Source of the DNA: Bacteroidota bacterium
GTDB lineage: Bacteria; Bacteroidota; Rhodothermia; Rhodothermales; UBA10348
Length of the DNA stretch: 61,909 bases
Assembly: GCA_022571255.1 (NCBI GenBank)
Contig: JACZYD010000004.1
Span: 1 to 61,909 of the forward strand
Direction of reading: 5' to 3'
The notes below the pieces were generated by a model, which had not been told where the DNA came from, did not search any database, and saw only the letters and a list, made by a program, of their open reading frames with translations. A program made the translations under genes and the position numbers. Each line of letters starts with the position of its first letter. The first letter of the stretch is position 1. This document shows, in pieces, positions 37,395-47,425 of this stretch.

Positions 37395-38711
37395 TCAAAA
37401 AGACCAGGTCACCAGCTCCGGGAAAATAATGATCAGCAACAGACCCACGATCTGGATACAGATGAAAGGAATGACCCCCCTGTAGATGGCCGATGTGGGA
37501 ATTTCGGGGGGAACTACGCTTCGCAGATAAAAAAGCGCGAACCCGAACGGAGGAGTGAGAAACGACATCTGCAGATTCATTCCTATCATCACCCCGAACC
37601 AGACGAGATCGATTCCGAGTTCGATTGCGGCCGGGACAATCAACGGAATGATGATGAAGGCGATCTCGAAAAAATCGATGAAGAACCCCAGGAAAAAAAT
37701 TGTGAGGTTTACTACAATCAGCAGTCCTATTACGCCGCCAGGAAGATTCGTGAGCAATCCCTGGATCCATAAATCACCGCTTAATCCCCTGAATACGAGT
37801 GCGAATGCCGTGGAACCTATAAGAAGCATCATGACCATCGATGTGAGACGCATCGTTTCATCCATCGTCTCTTTGAGAGCTTTCAGATCCAGACGCCTGT
37901 TCACGAGCGCAAGAACAATTGCTCCCAGCGCGCCGAGAGCACCCGCTTCCGTGGGCGTGGCGATTCCCGCGAATATGCTGCCAAGAACCAGCAGAATCAG
38001 TACGAGCGGCGGCATCATTACAAATAAGACCCGTCTGGCTAAAGCCATCCCAGAGATACCTCTGCTGGAAAGCGGTAAAGCCGGCGCCATATCCGGACGA
38101 AAAAAGGCGACCGCGCCGGCGTACAGTGCGAAAAGCACAGCGAGGGCTATCCCCGGTACCAGAGCACCGATAAAAAGGTCGCCCACGGAAATTCCCATCT
38201 GGTCGGCCAGCACAACGAGTACAACACTGGGTGGAATAATTTGACCCAGCGTACCGGAAGCCGCGATAATTCCCGTCGACAGTTCGTTGGAATATCCGTA
38301 CCGCATCATGACCGGCAGAGAGATCAGACCCATGGCAACCACCGACGCTCCGACCACACCTGTTGCCGCGGCGAGCAATGCTCCCACAAGAACCACAGCG
38401 ATAGCCAGCCCCCCGCGAACCGGTCCGAACAGTTGACCTACCGTGATCAGCAGATCTTCGGCCAAGCGAGACTTCGCCAGCATCGTCCCCATGAAAATGA
38501 AAAACGGAATGGCGAGAAGCACCATGTTCGCCATGATTCCAAATGTTCGGTCCGGCATGGCGAGCATGAAGGACCAGTCAAAAATTCCTGCTCCGACACC
38601 GATGAACATAAACAGAATAGCGGTTCCGGCAAGAGCGAAGGCGACGGGGAAACCCGTGAATATCATGATCAGGGCGGCCGCAAACATGAGAGGCCCGAGG
38701 TATTCTTCCAT
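37395..38711 (-). CDS. dctM: TRAP transporter large permease
   Basis: AIPFFIFMG, GTLGQIIPPS, ATPTEA, LTPPFG. Confidence 0.95.
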   Translation of the reverse strand: MEEYLGPLMFAAALIMIFTGFPVAFALAGTAILFMFIGVGAGIFDWSFMLAMPDRTFGIMANMVLLAIPFFIFMGTMLAKSRLAEDLLITVGQLFGPVRGGLAIAVVLVGALLAAATGVVGASVVAMGLISLPVMMRYGYSNELSTGIIAASGTLGQIIPPSVVLVVLADQMGISVGDLFIGALVPGIALAVLFALYAGAVAFFRPDMAPALPLSSRGISGMALARRVLFVMMPPLVLILLVLGSIFAGIATPTEAGALGALGAIVLALVNRRLDLKALKETMDETMRLTSMVMMLLIGSTAFALVFRGLSGDLWIQGLLTNLPGGVIGLLIVVNLTIFFLGFFIDFFEIAFIIIPLIVPAAIELGIDLVWFGVMIGMNLQMSFLTPPFGFALFYLRSVVPPEIPTSAIYRGVIPFICIQIVGLLLIIIFPELVTWSF

Positions 38712-39310
38712 CAGGATTGCTCCCCGCTGCCGTTGTGGATCTTGTTGGACACCTTGCCCGAATCCTCGCCAGAGCCCGCCACAGACTCTGCGTCATACCC
38801 CAGAAGAATCGCAGCCTGTCTGATTCCCATGGAAATACCCTGAACCAGCAGCAAAACGAAGGCCACGGGCACGACCGTTTTAATCGGATATCGGGGCAAT
38901 CCGCCAGGATCCGGAGAAACCTCCAGAACCGACCAGGTATGTTGAATCGCAGGCCAGGACGTCCACAACATGAGGATGCAGAACGGGATCAGAAACAGAA
39001 TCACGCCCGCCAGATTTATCATAGCCTGACCCCTTGGCCCCAGTCGCGAAAAGAGGACATCGACACGAACATGAGCATCATGTTTAAGCGTATACGCAGC
39101 CCCCAGCAAAAACAGGATCGAGAAGAAGTACCACTGAAGTTCGAGCCAAGTATTGGAACTGAGGCCCCATCCGGTGTAGCGATCCAGATATCGGAATATC
39201 GCGTTCAACGCACCGAGCAAAACCATGCCGAGCGTCAACCAGTAAAGACTCTTCCCGATCCTCTCGTTAAAACGGTCAATGGCATTCGCCAGACGGAGTA
39301 GTCTGTGCAT
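38711..39310 (-). CDS. dctQ: TRAP transporter small permease
   Basis: ELQWY, HVRVD, four TMs. Confidence 0.93.
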   Translation of the reverse strand: MHRLLRLANAIDRFNERIGKSLYWLTLGMVLLGALNAIFRYLDRYTGWGLSSNTWLELQWYFFSILFLLGAAYTLKHDAHVRVDVLFSRLGPRGQAMINLAGVILFLIPFCILMLWTSWPAIQHTWSVLEVSPDPGGLPRYPIKTVVPVAFVLLLVQGISMGIRQAAILLGYDAESVAGSGEDSGKVSNKIHNGSGEQS

Positions 39311-39437
39311 CGTGATTCGCTGGATCGTGGTTCAGTGGTTTGTGGTTCGGTGCATCGTGGTTCGGTGGTTCGGTGGATCGTGGTTCGTGGATCGTGGTTC
39401 GTGGTTCGTGGTTCGTGGTTCGTGGTTCGTGGATCGG
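39306..39437. repeat. Heptamer tandem repeat (CGTGGTT/CGTGGAT) between rarA and dctQ
   Basis: Run of cgtggtt units degenerating toward the dctQ start codon. Confidence 0.92.
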
Positions 39438-39466
39438 TGAGCCGCCTTCAGGTGCGTCGATTATTC

Positions 39467-40846
39467 TTAGTCGTCTCTATCATCCTCGGCTGCGTATCTG
39501 AGCACACGTTTTTTGATACTGTCTTTTTCATCCCGATTCTGAAAGTATTTCAGTCGTTCAGCGATCTGTTTCTCAAAACCCTGACCGGAAGGCTCATAAA
39601 AATAAATGCCCTGCATGTTTTCCGGAAGATATTGCTGTGGGACATAATGCGCCCGATAAGCATGCGGATATTGATAATCCTTGCCGTGCCCGAGTCCTTT
39701 TGCATCCCGCGAGGCATCTTTGAGATGATTGGGGACCACCTCCGACTGTTCATTTTCTACGTATCGAAGGGCGTCAAAAAACGTACTGGTCGAATTGCTT
39801 TTCGGCGCCGTGGCCAGATACAGGCAGCACTCCGACAGGATGAAACGCCCCTCCGGCATGCCCACATAATCGAATGCGTACGACGCCGAAACTGCCATTT
39901 GAAGGGCTTGCGGATCCGCCAGTCCGATATCTTCGGCGGCAAATATCAACATTCGGCGGAAAATGAAACGAGGATCTTCGCCCGCATATACCATCCGGGC
40001 CATCCAGTACAGGGCTGCATCGGGATCCGATCCACGGAGACTTTTGATAAAAGCGCTGATCGTGTCATAGTGTGCGTCTCCTTCGCGGTCGTACAGGACG
40101 GCACGCCGCTGGATACTTTCTTCGGCGACTTCCAACGTAATATGCCGCACGCCACTTGAATCTTCAAGAGTCGTCTCGACAGCCAGTTCCAGGGCATTCA
40201 GAAGCGATCGCGCGTCACCATTCGAAGTATGGATGAGATGATCAAGGGCCCCGTCCTCCATTTCAATTTCCAGCTTGCCGTAACCCCTTTCCTCGTTGCC
40301 AAGCGCCTGTTCGGCGATGCGTGCCAAGGCGGCCTGGTCCAGCGACTGAAGCTCAAAAACGCGAGAACGACTGACGAGCGCCTTGATCACTTCGAAATAC
40401 GGATTCTCTGTGGTCGCTCCGATCAGTGTCACGGTGCCATTTTCGACATGCGGAAGAAGGGCGTCCTGCTGTGCCTTATTGAACCGGTGCACCTCATCGA
40501 CGAAAAGAATCGTTCGCTGTGTATGATGACGCAACCTTTCGGTTGCCTCGGAAATGGCCGCCCGGATATCTTTCACGCCGGACAGAACAGCATTCAGCGT
40601 GACGAAATTTGCCTTCGTCGTATTGGCAATAATCCGAGCCAGCGTAGTTTTGCCCGTCCCCGGGGGACCAAAGAGCAAAATAGAAGAGAGCTGATCCGCC
40701 TCGATAGCACGTCTCAACAGCCGCGCGGGGCCCAGAATGTGCTCCTGCCCGACGAATTCGTCGAGTGTACGGGGTCGCATCCGATCCGCAAGAGGTGCCC
40801 GCTCGGATCGATAACGCGCAGCGTTGGCATCGAAGAGATCACTCAT
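39467..40846 (-). CDS. rarA: Replication-associated recombination protein A (MgsA)
   Basis: [46 protein letters not shown]. Confidence 0.96.
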   Translation of the reverse strand: MSDLFDANAARYRSERAPLADRMRPRTLDEFVGQEHILGPARLLRRAIEADQLSSILLFGPPGTGKTTLARIIANTTKANFVTLNAVLSGVKDIRAAISEATERLRHHTQRTILFVDEVHRFNKAQQDALLPHVENGTVTLIGATTENPYFEVIKALVSRSRVFELQSLDQAALARIAEQALGNEERGYGKLEIEMEDGALDHLIHTSNGDARSLLNALELAVETTLEDSSGVRHITLEVAEESIQRRAVLYDREGDAHYDTISAFIKSLRGSDPDAALYWMARMVYAGEDPRFIFRRMLIFAAEDIGLADPQALQMAVSASYAFDYVGMPEGRFILSECCLYLATAPKSNSTSTFFDALRYVENEQSEVVPNHLKDASRDAKGLGHGKDYQYPHAYRAHYVPQQYLPENMQGIYFYEPSGQGFEKQIAERLKYFQNRDEKDSIKKRVLRYAAEDDRDD

Positions 40847-41532
40847 AATCCGTCTGTCTCCATAGTGGTCTGACGTACAACAGGTTGCAGGCCTAACTCT
40901 TCTACAACGCGCAGCACCGCTGCTTCAAACATTTTTGCCCCTCCCTGAGACGGATGCCTTACGTACTCGGCCTCAACACCAATACGCCCGATGGCATTCT
41001 CGGCTTTACGACCAACCGCCAGGATTTTTCGCGGCATCGCCCATGAAACAACAGCCTCAAGAACCGGCAAAAAAAGATTGATCTCCGATTGTCTTGGTGT
41101 TCGAATTGAGTCAAGCTTTCCCGGATGATACGGATGCATGGGTACTGTATTCCAGGTAAAGAGTTGGCCGTAATACGGCGCAAGAATTCGCCAGTATATC
41201 GAAGCGCTGTACTCGGAAAATGGCTCATCCCGACGAGTCGACTGCCGGCCCTTGGCTGGAAAGTCCGCGTCCAACAGTTGAGCTTCGCTCGTAATAGGAA
41301 TGCCCGAGAAACGGCAACCCCACGGTCCCGGCGCCTCTGCCACCAGCAAAATTTCAATTTCACCCGAATGATCGTCTATGTATCTCTTCAAATTGTCCAC
41401 GCGAATGGAGGTCGCATCCGGCAGATCCCACTCCGGATGCGTATCTGAATACGGATTGAATAAACCGGGCAAGGACTCATGATTGACTACCAGATCCTCA
41501 ATGGTTTGCCAGATATTCACGGTTTTCAGCAC
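40843..41532 (-). CDS. Uracil-DNA glycosylase superfamily protein
   Basis: AEAPGPWGCRFSGIP motif 1, RTP, RHPS motif 2. Confidence 0.82.
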   Translation of the reverse strand: MLKTVNIWQTIEDLVVNHESLPGLFNPYSDTHPEWDLPDATSIRVDNLKRYIDDHSGEIEILLVAEAPGPWGCRFSGIPITSEAQLLDADFPAKGRQSTRRDEPFSEYSASIYWRILAPYYGQLFTWNTVPMHPYHPGKLDSIRTPRQSEINLFLPVLEAVVSWAMPRKILAVGRKAENAIGRIGVEAEYVRHPSQGGAKMFEAAVLRVVEELGLQPVVRQTTMETDGL

Positions 41533-41608
41533 AAATTCATCTGTTTAGGCAAAATCTTTATCCTTCGATTACCGTTAAAGGTAGACCGTACGCGACAACG
41601 AATCATAT

Positions 41609-42883
41609 ATGAAGACTGCAAAACTGACGCTCGACGATTGGGAAGTAGAGCTTCCGGTCACCATAGGCTCCGAAGGTGAAGTAGGCATCGGAATCCATAA
41701 ACTTCGTGCCGAAACAAAAGCCATTACTCTCGATTCCGGGTATGGTAATACAGGGTCCTGCGAGAGCAGTATAACGTTTATCGACGGGGAAAAAGGAATA
41801 CTCCGATACCGCGGGTATTCTATTGAAGACCTTGCCGAGAAAGCCACTTTTCTCGAAGTAGCGTTTCTTCTGATTTTCAGCAAACTCCCTTCTTCGGCGC
41901 AGATCGAGGCCTTCAACCTGGAGCTGACCAGACACAGTCTGCTCCATGAGGACATGAAAAAATTCTTCGAGGGGTATCCACCAGCGGCCCCTCCGATGAG
42001 TGTACTCTCGACCATCGTCGCATCACTTTCCGCGTATTACGCCCCGGGCGAAGACGAAGCGGGAATTCAACTCAATATCATCCGGCTCCTGGCAAAGTTG
42101 AAAACGGTTGCTGCTTTTTCGTACAAGAAGTCCATCGGACAGCCGTATATCTATCCGCGGAATGATCTGGGGTTTTCGGCAGACTTCCTGCACATGATGT
42201 TTGCCGTGCCGTCGGAGGAGTATGTCGTCTCTCCGCTGGTAGAGCGGACCCTGGACATGTTACTCATTTTACATGCGGACCACGAGCAGAACTGCAGTAC
42301 ATCTACGGTCCGAATGGTTGGAAGCAGCGACGCGAACCTGTTTGCCTCCATCTCGGCCGGCATCAGCGCCCTGAGCGGACCACTCCACGGCGGAGCCAAT
42401 ACAGCGGTTATCAAGATGCTCAAATTGATTCGAGACGACGGAGGAAATGTTCGCAAATACGTGGAGATGGCGCAGGATAAAAGTTCAAACTTCCGACTGA
42501 TGGGTTTCGGGCATCGTGTCTATAAAAACTTCGATCCCCGCGCTCGTGTTATTAAAGGAATTACGGACAGCGTACTGGAGGAACTTGGCGTAAGCGATCC
42601 GCTGCTGGAAATTGCCCTCGAACTGGAGAGCATCGCTCTGAAAGAAGACTATTTTGTGGAACGGAAATTATACCCCAACGTCGATTTCTACAGCGGCATT
42701 TTATACCGCGCCATGGGAATCCCGACGAATATGTTTACGGTAATGTTTTCGATAGGGCGTCTTCCCGGCTGGATTGCGCAGTGGCGTGAAATGAAGAACG
42801 ATCCCCACAAGCGAATTAATCGTCCGCGGCAGATCTACACAGGCCCGACTCAGCAAGACTGGGTTTCGATCGAGAACCGGTAG
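41609..42883 (+). CDS. gltA: Citrate synthase (type II)
   Basis: HADHEQNCST, GPLHGGAN, GFGHRVYK, YPNVDFYSG. Confidence 0.97.
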   Translation: MKTAKLTLDDWEVELPVTIGSEGEVGIGIHKLRAETKAITLDSGYGNTGSCESSITFIDGEKGILRYRGYSIEDLAEKATFLEVAFLLIFSKLPSSAQIEAFNLELTRHSLLHEDMKKFFEGYPPAAPPMSVLSTIVASLSAYYAPGEDEAGIQLNIIRLLAKLKTVAAFSYKKSIGQPYIYPRNDLGFSADFLHMMFAVPSEEYVVSPLVERTLDMLLILHADHEQNCSTSTVRMVGSSDANLFASISAGISALSGPLHGGANTAVIKMLKLIRDDGGNVRKYVEMAQDKSSNFRLMGFGHRVYKNFDPRARVIKGITDSVLEELGVSDPLLEIALELESIALKEDYFVERKLYPNVDFYSGILYRAMGIPTNMFTVMFSIGRLPGWIAQWREMKNDPHKRINRPRQIYTGPTQQDWVSIENR

Positions 42884-42931
42884 GACACGAAGGCTCTGCA
42901 GAAAGAAAGGGAGCCTTATTTACGGTGTCCT
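42882..42931 (+). terminator. Possible terminator or stem-loop after gltA
   Basis: Nested pairing aggacac..gtgtcct and aaggctc..gagcctt between convergent genes. Confidence 0.35.
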
Positions 42932-42940
42932 GAGTTTATT

Positions 42941-42980
42941 CCGTGCATCCGTGCTTCCGTGCATCCGGGCATCCGGGCAT
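42941..42980. repeat. 8-nt tandem repeat x5
   Basis: ccgtgcat ccgtgctt ccgtgcat ccgggcat ccgggcat. Confidence 0.85.
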
Positions 42981-42989
42981 GATGTTCCG

Positions 42990-44168
42990 TCAGAGGCGAA
43001 AAGCGCCCGACGAGTACAGCACATGGACCAGTTCCGCTGCGACATCGTATTCAGCGGTGCCCGCCTCGGGCATATCGGCCGCATCAATACCACGCGAGCG
43101 AGTCAGTTTGTTGAGAAAAGATTCAAGATCTGACGGCACATCCATTGACTCCCCGTTTACGAACAGTACAAGCTGCCCGCTGCCCAGCCGGTCATACACA
43201 ATCCGGGACGTAGTGACGGGTCGAAGTCGACCGCCGGTATGCATGATGTGGAGTAGATTTTTGCGAGTCATCAGAGAAACGGTATCATCATCGTCTGACT
43301 CAAAACCCGGACCGATCGTCAGGTATTCTCCCAGCCACCGATCAAAAAGATCACCGCTCGCGAGGGCATCCTTCAAAGCTGAGTCGGCGAACTCCTTGAT
43401 TTGACTACCCACAGCACCGGGGTTGTCGGCAACAGGTCGACCCGGGTCCGAGAAAAATCGTTCTTCGTCCAAATTCGTCAATACGTGTTCCAGGAAGGCC
43501 GTGACAAGGCCCTGTTCGGAAGGCGCCCGGCATCCGATGGAAAATGTCATACAGTGTTCGAGCGCAATACCCAGATGAGCAATCCGTGGTGGAAGGTATA
43601 ACATATCACCGGGCTCCAGGACCCACTCTTCGTCGGCCTCAAATCCGGCAAGAATCCTCACATCCAGGTCGGGCACCAGGTTTTCTTCCTTTACCGGCGA
43701 TGTATTGATCTGCCACCGACGTCGCCCGTGTGCCTGCAATAAAAACACATCATAATTGTCGATATGAGCTCCGACTCCTCCCTCGCCCGGTGCGTAGGAG
43801 ATCATTATATCGTCCAGACGCCAGTTGGGAAGAAAATCCACGGCTTCCAGCATGCGTCCGACCTCCGGATTCAGAAAATCCACATGTTGAACGAGCAAAG
43901 TCCAGTGAGAATCCGGTAAATCCTGAAAATCCTCGATCTCGAATGGACCGAAGCGCGCTTCCCAGGGATAATCCCCTCCTCGTTCCAGGACCAGCCGGCT
44001 CTCCGCGTCGTCCCGGCAGGACAATTGTTTGAGATCGGTCGGCAGCAGGGGCGTGATGAAATTCGGCCACGCGTTCCTGACTAAAAGTGGTTTCGTCTGC
44101 CAGTAATCAGCCAGAAACTCTTCGTTGGATATCGCGCCGAACAGGGAGGAAGGAATATCGAGTGCCAT
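42990..44168 (-). CDS. roxA: JmjC/cupin ribosomal oxygenase (YcfD/RoxA-like)
   Basis: YWQTKPLL, WRLDDIMISYA, HIDNYDVFLLQ (HxD), PGDMLYLPPRIAH. Confidence 0.85.
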   Translation of the reverse strand: MALDIPSSLFGAISNEEFLADYWQTKPLLVRNAWPNFITPLLPTDLKQLSCRDDAESRLVLERGGDYPWEARFGPFEIEDFQDLPDSHWTLLVQHVDFLNPEVGRMLEAVDFLPNWRLDDIMISYAPGEGGVGAHIDNYDVFLLQAHGRRRWQINTSPVKEENLVPDLDVRILAGFEADEEWVLEPGDMLYLPPRIAHLGIALEHCMTFSIGCRAPSEQGLVTAFLEHVLTNLDEERFFSDPGRPVADNPGAVGSQIKEFADSALKDALASGDLFDRWLGEYLTIGPGFESDDDDTVSLMTRKNLLHIMHTGGRLRPVTTSRIVYDRLGSGQLVLFVNGESMDVPSDLESFLNKLTRSRGIDAADMPEAGTAEYDVAAELVHVLYSSGAFRL

Positions 44169-44196
44169 CAGATCGTAACGGGAGGACTATCGTGAA

Positions 44197-44388
44197 TCAT
44201 AACAGACGCCGAAGAATGTAGAGGAGCGGCAAAATCATCAAGAACGCCATGACCCAGGCCATCCAGCGTCGCGGCGCCGACTCCACAGGAAACTCATACC
44301 CGCAATACGGACATGATTCCTGTCCTGATTCAGATTCCAGCGCACAGGCCGGACATTCGATCGGTTTCAGACGAGCGATTGGCTTCAT
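44197..44388 (-). CDS. Small zinc-ribbon membrane protein
   Basis: CPAC..CPYC followed by one TM. Confidence 0.7.
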   Translation of the reverse strand: MKPIARLKPIECPACALESESGQESCPYCGYEFPVESAPRRWMAWVMAFLMILPLLYILRRLL

Positions 44389-44404
44389 ACGAATCGGGGC
44401 ATGT

Positions 44405-45232
44405 TTACCTCGAAACCTTCAGGTGCGGTACGGCGTCCAGATTCCAGTCCCAGACAAGTCCAGTAGCGGTTTCGATAGCGTCCTCGCGCCCATATAGAAG
44501 CTCGGTCAGATACAGGGCCGGTTCATAACTCATACCACCTCCTACGGATGTAATAAATTTACCGTCATGCACAAACCGGACATCATATTTTACGTCTATA
44601 TCCGGGTACCGTCTGGCAAACTGATCCCTGTCCCCAGGAAACGTCGTCGCGATCCGGCCGTTGAGCGCACCCGTTTCTGCCAGCGGAAACGCACCATCAC
44701 ACAGAGTCACCACGAACCGCGCACGCGCTACAGCTTCGCGCAGCCATTCCATATACCTCGGATTCTCAAGGTCGCGGGACATGCTGCCGTTGGTACTCGG
44801 AATAAGAAGAATATCGATGGGCGGAGCATTGTCAAAGGAATAATGCGGCGCTACAGCGATTCCCTCGAAGGTCGTTAAAACTTCTCCCGTTTCCGATACA
44901 ATGAAGGGTTCAATATAGCGGGTATTATTACGGAAGATCGAGTGGTGTAAGATGTCGTAGGGAGCCATTAATTCCGAATTGAACACTTCGTCCGTAACTA
45001 CAAACGCGGCGGACAGAATGGATTCGCTTGTCAGCGAAGCTCGCGGCAGTCGATCATATTCGAAGAACGCACCATCAGGCACGCTGACCACGACACCGGT
45101 CCGGGTATCCGATTCATGCACTTCTGCATCTTCAGACCCGAGTTCGCCTCGAAAAAAAATCAATAATCCGACTACTGCCAAAATTACAATCCGAAGCCAG
45201 GTCGGTATTGATGAAGTGCTCAGCAGTCCCAT
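44405..45232 (-). CDS. DJ-1/PfpI family protein with N-terminal membrane anchor
   Basis: SELMAPYDI, TLCDGAFPLA, KFITSVG. Confidence 0.85.
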   Translation of the reverse strand: MGLLSTSSIPTWLRIVILAVVGLLIFFRGELGSEDAEVHESDTRTGVVVSVPDGAFFEYDRLPRASLTSESILSAAFVVTDEVFNSELMAPYDILHHSIFRNNTRYIEPFIVSETGEVLTTFEGIAVAPHYSFDNAPPIDILLIPSTNGSMSRDLENPRYMEWLREAVARARFVVTLCDGAFPLAETGALNGRIATTFPGDRDQFARRYPDIDVKYDVRFVHDGKFITSVGGGMSYEPALYLTELLYGREDAIETATGLVWDWNLDAVPHLKVSR

Positions 45233-45448
45233 GTGATGTACATGTTTTTGGTTGCGACGACAGGGCATGAAATTATGTTTTTTGTGACTGCAAAGCCAAC
45301 GCTCATTTTCCATCCGGATCATAAGCAACACGATGCCGGGATCGCCCGTTTTGAAGCCACCACATCGACACAACTCATTGTAAGACAGATACAAAGACTT
45401 GCGATTCACGCCAGATGTTTACCGACTTCAGTATTCTCCGACATCACA

Positions 45449-45670
45449 TCATAATTGAGCACCGAGCTCATCCAGCAAGGCTTGCTTGGCATTGTCGTTG
45501 AGATTTTCGTCTGTAACAGAATCAGCCTTCTTAGGCTTCGTCGATCCATCACCAAGGCGCGGTTGCCCTCCGGATTCTACTCGTTTCCAGTTGTCCAGGT
45601 GGTCGATCACAAAAGCGGCCGCTATCCCGGCTGCAATACCGTAAATCAATCCTCGTAATAATCGAATCAT
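45449..45670 (-). CDS. Small single-TM hypothetical protein
   Basis: N-terminal Gly/Ala-rich TM and a charged tail. Confidence 0.6.
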   Translation of the reverse strand: MIRLLRGLIYGIAAGIAAAFVIDHLDNWKRVESGGQPRLGDGSTKPKKADSVTDENLNDNAKQALLDELGAQL

Positions 45671-45702
45671 AACAAAAGTGTGTGCATCTGTAATACCTGC
45701 TG

Positions 45703-46350
45703 CTACGCCTGAGCCCGCGCAACGATTCGAACCGTTACGGAAATCTTGTCTCCGACAATGGCATCCATAAATCGGCCAAAACTCAGGTTGAAATCCTTGC
45801 GGGATAATTGGAATTCTGCCCGGATCGAGATGATGGCCCGCTCGGTCTCCTCCTTGATCTCGAAAGTGAAAGGCACCTGTATATCCTTTGTCACCCCGAA
45901 AATGGTGATTTTTCCCGCAATCTGATAATTTCCTGCCCCGTCGCCGGATTCACCGGCCGACTTCAGGTTTCTGACGTAGAGACTCTCAAACCGAATCAGC
46001 GGAAATTTTTCTGCGTCCAGAAACTCATCGGATCGCAAGTTTTCATCGCGTGATTCATCGTCCGTGTCAATACTCTTTACACGCAATTCAATCTCGGCAC
46101 GAAGCGGCATTTCCCTGATTAAATCCACCTCAACAAATCCGCTCACGTCCTGAAAAAAACCGTCTACGTCAAACATTCCAAAATGAGCAACAGTAAAAGC
46201 AAATTCTGACGAATCCGATTCAATGATGAACGTGCGTGGTTCTGCCTGTTGAGCCAACACTTCCACAGATTGGTTCGCCATCAGGGCCAAGGCGAGAACA
46301 ACGGGTACGTATATTTCAGAAAAGTGCGAAACTCTCATGAATCGTGTCAT
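45703..46350 (-). CDS. YceI family lipid/polyisoprenoid-binding protein
   Basis: Signal peptide, SIDT..RDENLRSDEFLDAEKFP, SRKDF. Confidence 0.9.
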   Translation of the reverse strand: MTRFMRVSHFSEIYVPVVLALALMANQSVEVLAQQAEPRTFIIESDSSEFAFTVAHFGMFDVDGFFQDVSGFVEVDLIREMPLRAEIELRVKSIDTDDESRDENLRSDEFLDAEKFPLIRFESLYVRNLKSAGESGDGAGNYQIAGKITIFGVTKDIQVPFTFEIKEETERAIISIRAEFQLSRKDFNLSFGRFMDAIVGDKISVTVRIVARAQA

Positions 46351-46406
46351 GCTGGATTCCGGAATGGTGTGGTAAAGCTTGCACGCATTTCCTTCGACGG
46401 CGTTGC

Positions 46407-47336
46407 ATGATGGATAGAAACTTTTACGAAGGCATGAATTTTTCTGAAAGCATTCGTTATTCCCAAGATAAATGGTGCGAAGCGGTCCGCGAACATGAAA
46501 ACCGTATAGACAGTTTTGTGGAGGGTCACCTCAGGCGAAGAAGTCAGCATCGGAAAGACCCGATCAGCGATTTTATTTTCGAATATTACAATTTCGCACC
46601 GGCACAACTGCGGCGTTGGTCACCCGGCGCCGGTATTGTACTCGTTGGCCGGTCGGCCCGTCGGTTCCTGGAACAAAAAGAATTCGAAAAGACGAGTGAA
46701 GGTGTACGGCTTTCACCTCGACGATTTCCGGCGCAACTCTGGAAGTCGACCCTCTGGATTCGGGATCTCCTCGTCGCCGTGCAGCAACGCACCCCTCAAT
46801 TCGGATGCGCCGGAATGCATGAATGGGCAATGGTTTATGGCACGGATCAGGTACGGCACGCTGGTACACCGCTTCGATTGGAGAGACATGAAATAAACGA
46901 GGTCGTCCACAATAATGTGCTCTCATGCACTCATTTCGATGCATTTCGATTCTTCACCAAGGGTGCCCGTTCACAAAATGCAATTTTTCTGAGACGCGAG
47001 GATATGTTCTCATCCGAACAACCCGGGTGCCTGCATACCAATATGGATATTTTTAAATGGGCATTTAAACGATACCCGTGGATCCCTTCGGATTTGATCG
47101 CAGACGCTTTTTTTCTGGCCAACAAAATTCGGGAAGTAGACATGCGGGCCAGCCCATACGATCTTTCTTCAGCAGGACTGCAACCTATACCGGTCGAAAC
47201 GCCGGAGGGGCGACGCCAGTATCGGTCTTATCAGCGGACATTTTTCGAAGAAGCACGCACGTTACGAGCGCGTCTCATAAAAGCCTACGACCTTCTTCTG
47301 GTGTTTATCCGCGAACCCTCACTGGAATTGGTATAA
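46407..47336 (+). CDS. Conserved Cys/His-motif protein (from memory, homologues are often labelled 3-methyladenine DNA glycosylase; function unverified)
   Basis: DFIFEYY, CAGMHEWAMVY, CTHFDAFRFF, QPGCLH, DMRASPYD. Start 46407 or 46434. Confidence 0.7.
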   Translation: MMDRNFYEGMNFSESIRYSQDKWCEAVREHENRIDSFVEGHLRRRSQHRKDPISDFIFEYYNFAPAQLRRWSPGAGIVLVGRSARRFLEQKEFEKTSEGVRLSPRRFPAQLWKSTLWIRDLLVAVQQRTPQFGCAGMHEWAMVYGTDQVRHAGTPLRLERHEINEVVHNNVLSCTHFDAFRFFTKGARSQNAIFLRREDMFSSEQPGCLHTNMDIFKWAFKRYPWIPSDLIADAFFLANKIREVDMRASPYDLSSAGLQPIPVETPEGRRQYRSYQRTFFEEARTLRARLIKAYDLLLVFIREPSLELV

Positions 47337-47425
47337 ACACCGGATTTCATTGCGTTTGCCGACCCGTTTTCGTACCCTTGTCATTCCCGTTATATCCCTT
47401 GCAGCGTTTTTTATCCGCTCGTTTT

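Noticed and set aside
39305-40159. 284-aa plus-strand ORF with VVRGSWF repeats
   Set aside because: Translation of the heptamer tract plus antisense rarA.
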